From Sphaeroforma arctica JP610 (Eukaryota), in the NCBI RefSeq assembly GCF_001186125.1, contig NW_014040533.1:45188-83252 (forward strand): a stretch of 38,065 nucleotides of DNA, in the 5' to 3' direction. Of the stretch, positions 1-15,045 are shown piece after piece. The notes beneath the pieces were generated by a model. That model was not told where the DNA came from, made no database searches, and saw nothing but the letters and a program-made list of their open reading frames with translations. The first letter of the stretch is position 1. Every line of letters starts with the position of its first letter. A program made the translations under genes and the position numbers.

Positions 1-754
1 CAAAATACGATACTAAAACCTACTGAGTCCTCCTGAGGCTCAGTGCGGTGTATTTATTCTTATATTTGATTGTCTACTTGGTCTACAAATAATTCACCTC
101 GTGTGAATTAATTGTAAACTATTTCTAACTCCACACTGATAGTGGTTTAAGGGGACTTTTACTACACTGATGCTCACGGCATACAAATGTAATTTCGTAA
201 ACACAGCAATCAGTGTTCTTATTTTAGACTCAGAGCCTTAGAACGTGATAGTACAAAACGTTCAAGAGCGGTTTGATGCTAATCGTTGATCTACTTGCTG
301 AGTTATCGGGCATTGAAAATCTGTCAACAGTACAACACCACGTGTTATTTTTCACTTTTGGTGTGCGTGTTCACAAACATTCACCTTACCCGGCCCCATT
401 TTAGTTTTTCTTCTAATTTCTAAAATCTTTTATTGACACTGTCAGACTGTCAGTTTATTGTTATTTAGTCAACAGTTTAAAAAAAAAGTTAAACCACGGA
501 GTCAAGATATTTACTCCATATTGCCAAGGGGTATTTAACAGCGCAGTACAGCAACAAGGCCGTATGACGGAGTACTTTTCTTTTTGAAAATATGAAGAGC
601 TGCTATTCGAAATCTTGCGGGAGCTTTATAAATAGGCGAATAGCAAACCAAAACAGAAGGCAAAACAATGAAAACATGTGGTCAAATTTATAAAGGTGTT
701 ACCTCTACTTTATTTGGTTAAAAGAAACCCCCACTAGGAGCGAGTAGGCCGAGA

Positions 755-800
755 GGGGCTCAGGGGCCAGGGGCCAGGGGCCAGGGGCCAGGGCCCAGGG
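755..800 (+). repeat. G-rich 7-bp tandem repeat (CAGGGGC)n with G-quadruplex potential
   Basis: GGGGCT-CAGGGGC-CAGGGGC-CAGGGGC-CAGGGGC-CAGGGCC-CAGGG, about 350 bp upstream of the ATG at 1145, in otherwise AT-rich DNA. Confidence 0.85.
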
Positions 801-1144
801 CCCCAAGCCCCAGGCCAGGAGCCCCGGACCGAGGACCGATGGGCTAAATATTTTCTTTGTTTTTTCTTACATGTTTTTTAGCAATAAATACTTCATAAAT
901 AGTTTTCGTTGATACCAAAGAAGGGCGCCGGGCTGTTTCCTTTCACGGTGTCCGTCCCGTCTTAAAGTTGTGCGCCGCTGCGCTATATTGATGTATAACT
1001 ACTTTACACAAGCAAGGCCTTTAGAAAGGGTATGAAGATAAGTGAGGGCCACCGGTCTAGTTCAAAGTTTATCTCGCTATTGTTGAACGCTGTGCGGATC
1101 CATACTTGGATCACGCCATCTCGACACCGAGACAGTTGAACGAG

Positions 1145-4100
1145 ATGACTGCTCTTACGCCTGGCCTCGTCGATGTATTCGACTTAAATGATTTTCAGGG
1201 TGAAAGTACAGCGGATAAAGTACGAGATGTAATTAAAAGCAGTCCAATCGTGATTTTTTCAAAGACAACTTGTGAATTCTGCAAGGAAGCCAAGAGAACG
1301 CTTACTAATATGAATGTAAGCTTCCGATCGCTCGAACTGAATCGCATGGATAGGGGCGACTCGATACATTCTATTGTGAAGGATATATCCATACAGAAAA
1401 CGGTATGTCAACATGGGTAGAATATGTCATGAAAATGTAGGCGCTCTTTTCGAGTTGTGGTGGTCTATGGCGAAAGTAACCATAACAATTGTGTACATTG
1501 TATAGACTTGGAAGTGCTTCACACTTGTCGGGACTTTTCAGTTATGCTTACGTTATAAGAATGCGTCCAAGGGTATCTGAGATACTCAACACGGTGCACT
1601 GTAACGGGCATATGAAAGAATGGTAGGTCAACACGGATAATATAACTGCCTATACAACTTTTGCAATCTCAAGCGTTTGGCTTGATCTCGCATGTATTTT
1701 CTTCTTCTCTGCGTTGTACAAAATATCAACCTCTACTACAGAATGGATAGAACTGATTCTCGCATATTCTATCGACAGCCAAAACACCCAGAATTTAGGT
1801 TCAATATCGACACCCCTATAGTGATACTTTTTGGGGATCTAGATCTCTCCTTCGCAGATGTCAAAAATGACTCGGACTTTTTAACCTTGATATGTATTAT
1901 GCTACTTGTTCGTAGGTACCAGTGATATACATTGAAGGACATCTGATCGGGGGTTGCTCGGACCTGATGAGGATGGAAGGAAACGGTGAGTTACTCCACA
2001 AATTGAGACATCTGCAGATCAAGGGGATACAGAAGGACCAAAAGCCTATATTTACGGTATGGTATATGCTCAGTGACGGATTTGCATTTCCTGTGCGTGG
2101 TGCTGTCATAAGAGATTTCATCATAGCCTTCTAATAGAGACTATTATGTGCAAATAATACCTACGCTATTCAATATCTATAACATTGAACTTCGTTACTG
2201 CTGATATATGCATCGTGCAAAAGAGTATTATAATTTATATTATAGAAAGGTGTGTGAAATATTCGAAATCGGAAAACCATTGAAAGAACATGCTCACAGT
2301 TATACTGCTGAACGTAGTCGTATGTGCACCCATATATGCGTTATGCGACTTCAAATTTAGATTTTTATCGACAGAATGGTTAATCAAAGGAAAGACAATA
2401 TTTTAATGTGTTAAAAGATCTGCCTATTTGATATACATAGTTACACGCGTACCTAATGTAAGTAAGCTGGAATGTATTATTTGATTGCATTTGTATCTAC
2501 AGTATGCTAGCTTATACCCACATGTATATCCTTACATAGTGGCATATTATTTGTTAAAGTATGAGAATGCTGGTGCTAGATAAGAATATGGCTTGCTGTT
2601 TTAGTATTTCCTTGTCATGTTTTGTTAGAATCTGATTCTATTCAATCTTAACTTGGTAAACATCTTATCAGGACATGGACCGACCTTGGGACAAGAATGC
2701 GGCAATTCCACCCTTGTTCTACTTTCCAGACACCCTCAACTGCAATGCCGTCCGCTGCAAAGCGCTTTTTATTACAATCACGGCTATTTGCGGCGCTGTA
2801 TTTTGGGACACAAGAGGCATGCACTGGGTCATAGCTGGTCTCATGGTTGATTTCATTCTCAGGTGGGTATATATACTTACTTATTTGGGCGGTTATTATC
2901 CAATATATTCTCTTCCCATGTGTAAAGTTTTTTTAGAACTTGAATATGTTCGAATTGCTCCACAATAAATATTTCACGAGGTTTACATCGGGACTTGCTG
3001 CAATTTTACAACCAACAATTTACAATTGTAACTTCTAACTCGCAAAGTGATACAATTTGGCCCTGTATTCGCCTATTGCAGTTTTTTCTTCGGGGGAGCA
3101 TTCTCTATCTATGGGGCGCTGGGTGAGTTGTGTGCTTGCAAAATGGAGCCTAGGTGGGTTGCAGGCCCGCCCAAACAGTTCGCTGTACTATGTGGCATAA
3201 CCTTCTCGGGTATAGCTACAGCTTGTTTCTTCGGAGGCAATGGCGACGAAGTCACAGGTAAACGATGCGAATTGAAAGAAGGCCAAAACTTAAAAAAAGA
3301 CTGTGCATTGCACATATCGGATGAGTTTACGATATGTCTTGGAATCTGCTGACAATTTCGCATGCATACCTTATAGTCGTGCATGACTGTTTACCGCATC
3401 AAATTCCTATTCGCCACAACTAAAATCCACATGAAAATTTCCTCAACTCAATACCTCTACAGAAATTATTGGTGCCGTTTTCTGTGGGATGCTGGCTGGT
3501 GCGGCCGGCATGGAGGCCTTCGTGGACTTCTGCGCAGGGTATGTTAGGGTATGTGCGTACTGTCTGATCATTTCATATATATTTATTCCTATAGAGGTAC
3601 ATGTGCGCCGATAATATACCCTTCTACCAAGTGAACTGTCCATCTTGAACGAATACATACCGATTTTATGCTCAGAACATCCTGAGCGCGAGTATCATAC
3701 TACTGTACAGTATTGGACTATCTCAGATCTTGTTGTAGTTATTCCTTAAGACGCCACGGTAGTCGCAATTCTTGCAAGCGCAAGCAACATGTGCCTCGGA
3801 GGAAATAGAACTGACACCAACAATGGATTACAATGCGGTGCTATGCTCATTTCTAGAACGTGACATCTGTCCACTTGTGCCGAACTATTTGTTTTTAATT
3901 CTTTACAATTACGCGCAGGTGCGTCGTGTTCTCTTTCTTCGTGAGGATTGGATTGGTTCGGGACGCAGTCTACAAGGTCCATATCAATAGCGTCGAGGAG
4001 CAGCGAATGATGTGGAATAATGCGCATGTCAAGTATGATTTTAGACTAGTCCAGATCAGTATCGGATGCGACATTTTGATATGAATGCAAGGGCATTCAC

Positions 4101-7100
4101 TTTTTTGTAGATGTGTGTACGTGTCTTTCTGTGGTGTACTTAATTGTGTCTCATCCTCCTGACATACCTACAGACGTAAACATTCTGTCCCAGAAGTAGT
4201 GACAGTGTCCACCGCCGCTACTGAGGCAGGCACCGCAGACGCCCCTCTGCTCACACCCGCCTCAACTGTGTATAGGGTGAAGCAGTCGGACTTGTGGCGC
4301 AAGACATGGCACCCAATCAAGTACATGCAGGTGCGTTATATAATCACCATATCCAGTGTTCGGTTTTCTTTGTCGTTCATGGGAGCAATTATCATGCGTT
4401 GTGCAATTAGTTCAACCCCAGGGTTGAGTTGTGAACTCGCTCTCATTTTTATATCTCATGTAGCTACCTATCGCCATTTTCAGAATTGCTCACTGCCACC
4501 GTCCATTCGATCCATATATTTCGCCTAGTAAACCCAATTGCTGCTTTTTGTTCATCTGTTTGTTTGCTTTGTTGGCTGCCATTCTTTAAATGTCTCACGA
4601 AATAGCTAAACAACCTATTTGTATGGGAATCACACTTCCTTGTTACCACATATGTTGCTTATCATCTTGTACCCTCACATACCACTTCAGATTACGTACT
4701 TTCTCTGGCCCCTGTCTCTAGCGGCGCTGGCTTTTGCCTTCCGTGTGGCTGTGCAGGCAGTCAACGCACCGGAAGAACTTTGGGAGACCATGGCCTACAT
4801 TGCGGCCATTGTGTTCGTACTCCTTCTGGTTCTATTCACTCTGCGATGCATCATGTACACTCGCAAGGTTAGCAACTAGTATACATTATTGGGAAGCGCC
4901 TTAAAATCATTGTTCAATGTGTTGCATACAAGTTGCTCTGCCCTCGCTGTTTGCTTAATATAAACAGTTTTTCCGGTCTGTCACTAGAGAAGTGTGAATT
5001 TATCTGCATTCTGCATACAAATGTTTCTATGAAACCACATGTGATCATGCGTTTGCGGTTCAAGAACCAAAAGAAACCCCCAAGCTATATACATACAAAT
5101 TTTCTTTCTGCAATACCTCCAGGTGTACAAAGAGTGGACATGTCCACTTCGAGGACCGACCTTCGGCGCGATCCCTTTGACAGTTGCCCTTCTTGGATCA
5201 TTCCTCAGTGAAGCGAGTTTCACGGCTGCTGAAGTATTCGTGTGGATAGGCACGTGCGTACTGTTTGTGTTCACCGTCATGTTCGTTGGTCGATGGATTG
5301 CCCTCCGACACGACTACGAGCACGTGCATCCCACGTGGCTCATCATTCCCGTCGGCAATTTCATCAACGGTGCCCTCTTGGCATCCCTGGATGAGCAGGT
5401 ATGAGACGTTGGATATATTTTCCATGGCACTGGATTTCTTGCACTTGTATGTACATTCGAAAGGGCGCGTGAACTATTTTCTGCACTCTTGCCCGACTCT
5501 CTGCTCCAGTACCTCATTATGTGAATCTGAACTAAGCTGCATGTCGTTAATTCTCAATTCCCACCCTTTTCTCCAAATGTATACACTTATATAGTATACA
5601 GAAGTAGGACTGGCCCTCTTCGGATTCGCTTTGCTTATGTGGATAGTGCTGTTCGCTATCACCCTGCAAAAGACTGTCATCTCTCACAACTCTGACGACC
5701 GTCTCAGAGGCAACATCTTCATCTGGGTCGCATGTCCCGCAGCCGCAGCGATCTCGTGGTCCATCGTTAGTGCGAGTGGAGGAGGGGTCTTCTTTGATAC
5801 CATCTCGCGACTGCTCTACTTCAGCAGTGCTATCCTGCTGTGCTGCTTGTGTTACACCGTGTTCCCCCACGGGTTCACCCTCAAAGGCATGTTGCCTACC
5901 CTGTCTATGGGAGTACATGCGGTGGCCTTCTCTTTCAATGCTGTGGCCATTGCTGCGTGCTTATACGATATCTCGATCGGCACCACCATCAGCGCATGGT
6001 TGGCAGCGGGTGGTTTGGCAGCGGGTTCCTGGTTGACTGCTGTGTATTCCATCCAGACGGTCACCGCTATAGTGGATCAGCGTATCTTCCGACCTGATGT
6101 CAAGTGGGTAAGTGACTCCAATGACGTACCAATGTCTTTTATATACGCACAATAAGGATACGATGCGTGGTTTCAGATTTGTATGTGTGTATACATAGAT
6201 GACAACTAGTAGATATAACTTCTATTCTATTTAGCACATCGGAGTGCCCACATTTGCCACTTGTCAGCGTCTTAACACAGTCCAATTATCCACACAGCGA
6301 TTTCCATTTCTCATCAATATTCGTAAATCTATGTCGTAGGGTCCTTTCTCGGCCTTCAACCGACTCATGCACGAGACTGTGCGCACCATGTCTGCCAAAC
6401 TACTTACTCTCGCCGAGGATCCAGACTTTGGCACAAATCAAGAGTTCTTAGAACTGTGGACTTTGTATGAGCGTCTGCATCATATGCACTCCACTCAAGA
6501 AGACGACTACTTGTTTCCACTTCTGAACGATTTCGTACCGAACCACCCTGTACACGCTGGTATGTAGGGACCATAAATTACTCACGTGCACTGGTACTGA
6601 CCAAAGTTCGGTATAAAATGTAAATACACCTTAGTTTTTGCACATACACATTTCCCCCGAATCTTTTGATTGACGACATCTCTTCTTGCAACGTGTTGAA
6701 GCACACACCTAACAAAGGATCATATCTAATTTTGTCGTTCAGGAGATGAGCATGAAGAGCACCAGCTCATGTTTGTGCACATTAACAAGCTCATCGAATC
6801 TGCAAACCGCGGTTCCACTGATACGCTAAAGGACGAAGCCGGCAATTTGCCTGTTGAGGTAGGGAAAGCAAATTGATACGTGCGCGATGATAATGTTGTT
6901 GAAATTTTACCACCACTAGGTGAAGCGTACGCACATCTTTAGACTGGCACGTGTCAAGTTTCTGAAAGCTATATGAATCCAACAGCTATATGTTTGTGAG
7001 ATATACCTTGCATGATATGAGTTGTCAAATTATAAATTTTATTATCGCCACTGACGATTTTGTTTCGCGTAGCAGTACAGTCACTAGAGTACGCGCGCTT

Positions 7101-8041
7101 CCAGTATCTGCCTGTATTTGATTTTATACACCTTTCAATATATGCTGACCGTAAAATTTAGTTACGAATGCAGTGTAGATCCATCCGTATAAGGCGTGTG
7201 CTTCCGTGGAACGCCATCAGCTGGGACGCTCACAAATCTGCTTCTATCTCTTTACAATAGACCGTCAACACAGGAGCGTCTAGTCAACTCGACGTGAACA
7301 ACAAAATGAAGGAGAAATCCTCGCAAATGAGTGCACTCGACGCTGATGCCTTAAATTCTCAAGCTGACGATGTAACGCAGGTTACGAGCGAATCACTCAG
7401 CCCAATGACTGCTACTTTAACGGCGGACGAGGACCTGAACGAAACTCCTATTGATGGTGAAGGTGATGTGATGAAAAATAGTTCAACTGGTTACGGATCA
7501 TTACAGGTATGAGATACACATGCACGTATACGTTTTGTTTTCGATCGTGTCTCAGCAAAGACATATCAGCGCTTGGGAAAATATTATTCATTTCAATTAT
7601 GCGCTGCCCTCAAAACCTACATAGAAACTTATATGCTGACCTCGGCATCACTACTCCCTACAGTTGGCACTGCGCGAAATGGTCGCCGAGATGGAGGAGC
7701 ACATGGTTTGGGAGGAGAAGAATCTGCAACCCATTGGCCGCAAGTACGTTCCCTTAGAACTTCAGAAGCGCGCTGTACGCCAGACCTGGGAGAGTGTGCC
7801 CTCGAGTGAGTGGCGCGTGCTGACGCCCGTAATAGTTCGGTACTTACCGTATCACCCCATGCGTGTAAGGTGGGTGAGAGGGGTACTATGGGCCATGCCC
7901 GAGCGCGCACAGCAGCTTGGTTTGTACCTGTACCACGGACTCAGTGATGTCCAGTGGATCAAGTTGACTACTGATGTGCCTGAGTTGATTCCTCGCATTC
8001 GAGATGTGCCCGAGGCGTCGCGATGGAATAGATATTACTAA
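1145..8041 (+). CDS. Multidomain membrane protein: glutaredoxin - DUF4395 - SLAC1/TehA (TDT) anion channel - hemerythrin-like domain; 14 exons, about 1012 aa
   Basis: Exons 1145-1402, 1916-2056, 2672-2862, 3082-3257, 3463-3538, 3919-4032, 4174-4330, 4691-4867, 5123-5398, 5595-6107, 6340-6559, 6743-6858, 7261-7506, 7664-8041. All introns are GT-AG with compatible phases; total 3039 nt ending in TAA. Glutaredoxin: FSKTTCEFC, T|VP, IGGCSD. DUF4395: PDTLNCNAVR, GPPKQFAVLCG, MEAFVDFCAGC. TehA/SLAC1: YFLWPLSLAALAFAFR, KEWTCPLRGPTFGAIP, VHPTWLIIPVGNF, IFIWVACPA, AFSF. Hemerythrin: MHETVR, HSTQEDDYLFP, DEHEEH, HMVWEEKNLQP. Confidence 0.88.
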
Positions 8042-8706
8042 AACGAAAGCGCCGACCGAAAATAGATAGCTTAACCTTACGGGGTGTGATATATAGTAGC
8101 GTATTAATGTAGTATACTTCTTAGGGTTTATGTTGGGCTGTATACCACGTTCAATTGCACCCAACTTTTATGTGTTGAGGTGGATCCAATGCCGAAAAGT
8201 ATTGAGGGACACTTCGCACTCGACATAGTAGCATGTAATCATGCAGCGGTTTCTCATGACAATCAGAGGGATGAAAAGTGGCTTATATTTAGCTACATCA
8301 AACATATATTCATTAACAATAAAAACCAATATTGAAGAATATAGACGTGCAGGTATGCTGCTGACCACTTCAATACGAAGAAATATATATATATATATAA
8401 CCCTAAAAGCACAAACCGGAGTACTTTATTAAATTGAAAAGTCATAAACGTGTCGAGGTTGACTTCGTCTGTTGCATCTGCAGGGCAATCTATATCGGTC
8501 TTATCACAGTCAGTGTTCTATCTGAGTGCCTAGATATGTCAGGCCAGACCCTAGCGGCCCTCAGAATCTCAGTCCTCTCAGGTAGTGGCTCAGTGAAACT
8601 CGGGACCTCACCGGGTTGGATTCCAAACTTGTCTTGGCGCGAATATTCACATAACTATGGTGCATGTGTCCTGCATGTGTCCATATCTAGATGTCACTCA
8701 GGATGA

Positions 8707-11957
<3,251 letters not shown>

Positions 11958-12574
11958 GATGGTACACAATTGCTAATATTGTTACGATTGATTGCTTATA
12001 TGCACTGGCACTGAGGACGCTTCGAGTGAGTATTAATTATTTACATTTATATAAGGGGCTCAATTAAGACCAAACACAACAAGCACTCTACAGCATGTGA
12101 CCAATTTTATATAAATTTAAAAAAAAAGGGATTTTTGATGTACTTACATATAGTATCGCAATGAAGTAAATATGTGTCGTAGGGTTTTGCTTTATTGTTG
12201 GGTTATTAGAGCTTTTAGATTGCCTCACTGCAATCACACACACAAGAGAAGTCAAGTACATAAATAAACGTGAAAACTATACGTACTGTGTACAAATATA
12301 GGGACAACAAGGTTTTCGTCGCTCACAAAGGCACGCATAATACCTCGCAACTTAAATGCAATTGGAAGGGCTTTCGATTAGCCGATAGTCATCTGGCCGC
12401 TGTAATGTCCAGGACTCCAGGTGCGTCATCCACTTTTGTATAGGAAACAACTCTTTGAGCACTGTGTGTGTTCACGCGAATGTTTGTGCGTACGTACACA
12501 AAGTGTGTATATATGGTAATATTATGTTATTGGATACTCAGCGTATGCTTGAAGTGTACTCAGGACTTGTACTG

Positions 12575-13386
12575 TCATACTATCCTTACACATCGTAGAA
12601 GACACCAAAGTAGGCCAACAGACAGGGATAGAACAGTCAGCAAAATAGCTACAACTGGGAACTCTCCCAATATAGTGATGCCCATATCTCTTAAAAGGTC
12701 TTCACGGAATGTGACGAAAGATACGTTGGATATATGCAGGTATTCATCCCAATCATAATCGTACTCATTGTGCGCAGTTGGCACACTAAGGACTTCGGCA
12801 ATCTCACCAGCACTCATTCGCACTTGATTACTTAAGTACAAGTCATAATTTCTGTCCATATAGTCAACCCCTTCGTAATATTCGGGATGATTTCTCTGCG
12901 AGTATGTGGTCTCTGTGTGAATCGCATCACTCTGTGTCCTCTGAGAGCTGGCCAATGTCGCGACGGCTTCACTGGTGCTTGTGCTCGATATCTGACTGAA
13001 ACTTGCGCTCCCGCGATTTGGTCGACCAATCTAGGTTTGTAATACGTGTTTGTGTATGAGTACCTATCTGAGGTGTCGACTTGGCTACAAGATGTCTATA
13101 GAATGATTCTAGAGAACTCGAACATGTTAGGCAGCAGCGTGAAAATTCCAATACAGCTCTCAGGCTAGGTGTGCCCATCTTTTACGCGACCAGGTGAGTA
13201 GGTGCATGTGCATCGAGCAAAGGATGTGCAGGCGTGACTTACAAGGCCTCCACATGGCGTCGTTACTGAAGCTCCCGCGTCCAGTCTGCATATTGACTCT
13301 GAGCTTCTGCATATTGAATGTGAGCTCGACAACACTATCCCAAATCGGTACGACAGCACCGTGAAGATATGTAGAGCGCGCTGCAT
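12575..13386 (-). CDS. Hypothetical single-pass membrane protein, about 200 aa, at least 2 exons
   Basis: Exon 13386-13243 has a hydrophobic N-terminus and a GTAAGT donor. It joins in phase 0 to exon 13030-12575, which is S/T-rich, then acidic/Tyr-rich, then a TM segment PVVAILLTVLSLSVGLLWCLL. A GTAAG at 12589 may lead to a short extra last exon. No family recognised. Confidence 0.45.
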
Positions 13387-13847
13387 TGAAGTATAGCTAA
13401 TAGGGTCCCGGATAATAGAATTGAATTAAGTTGCCGCAGCAATACAGTATATTTATAGGCTAATCGTTGAGTATACTCGAAAAACCTACTTGTAAAATGT
13501 CTTCATTATGCAGCTCTGACTTCACGCATGACATGCAATAGTGCAGTGTTTATATAGCAGTCTATTCTGAACACGCGCGATGTCAAATCAAAATGAAATA
13601 ATTCCGAATTATGAACCTCTGGTAAAATCCTATTATTGCTATAGTGTGTGTATTTAACGTCGCTGAAAAAAAATCCCTACCTGTCGTTCACGAGTGAAGT
13701 CGAGCTGAAATTGGAAAATATTTAACCACCACAATAGACAGTGCAAAGCATGTTGCACCTACATTCGAAGGTGTTCCAATCTGATTACTAATTGGCGGTC
13801 TAGTACGTCACAATTCGCGCGTGAAACAGCCATTGATGTGCTAGGTC

Positions 13848-13887
<40 letters not shown>

Positions 13888-13920
13888 ATGTATATATGTA
13901 TATAAGTATATAGGCGTGTC

Positions 13921-13990
<70 letters not shown>

Positions 13991-14292
13991 TACATAAATA
14001 TATAAATATATGTGTGTGTGTGTAAGTATGTATGTATGTATATAAATATATACACACGTGTGTGTGTGCGTGTGTACACGTGTGCGTGTATATCTATAGC
14101 TACATATTTGTATATATATATATTGTATTGTATTGTATTGATCGTAGTGTATTGAATTGTATTCTATTCTATTTTATTGGATTGGATTGATTGTTGTATT
14201 GTATTGCACTGTATTGTATTGTATTGTATTACAATATATTATATTATACTATACAATATTACATTATATTATATTGTATTATTATTATTATA

Positions 14293-14325
<33 letters not shown>
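13848..14325. repeat. (TA)n/(TG)n/(TATTG)n microsatellite block
   Basis: Direct inspection. Confidence 0.95.
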
Positions 14326-14327
<2 letters not shown>

Positions 14328-15045
14328 GTATGTACACACACGACACTTTGCTAAACTGTGCAATTCGGCGTACTCTCATTTTGCGATACCATAGTAAATA
14401 TATCCTTGTCAGTCAGTTACATGGTGCTCCCTTATTCCTTCATATACTTTCTCACTTGAAGAAACTTCATGAACCTGTGTGAGGTCAATATGTCAGCGTA
14501 ACGCTCGATCTCTAGCGGTTCTGATGATGAGATGTATCAACAGCCCGACTTACACGTCATCGTAATTTTAGTTTTTAATCTGAATGCCCGGTTTCGGTTT
14601 ATTTAGTTCAAATTTCCTACTTCATTTTGATATTGAATATGGCACAAACGGCCGGAGGCGCTACCGATTTGATTATTATCGACCGCTGAGAGCAGATCCA
14701 CTCTCGTCTATGGTCAACTAAGCTATCTTATATTTTATATATTATACTGTAGTAATATGCGCATCCAAACACTGCTGCTGGCTAAATTTAAATCTACTAC
14801 TATTTACTAATGTTACCAATGCCTTCACATCTTTGTGTTGTGTTGGCTCTTCTAATGTTTGTCATAGTTCTCTTAATTATTCGTCTCGGCTACTGATTTT
14901 TATACTAGACAATCAATATCTCCCCGAAATGAAGCGACGGATACTGCTATGCACTGACTTGTCCTCTGTGCAAAGATCTAGCTATTTCCATCGGAAACGA
15001 CTTTATCGAAAGCGGCACTTCTGGGGGCGACATAGAAACTTGAAT

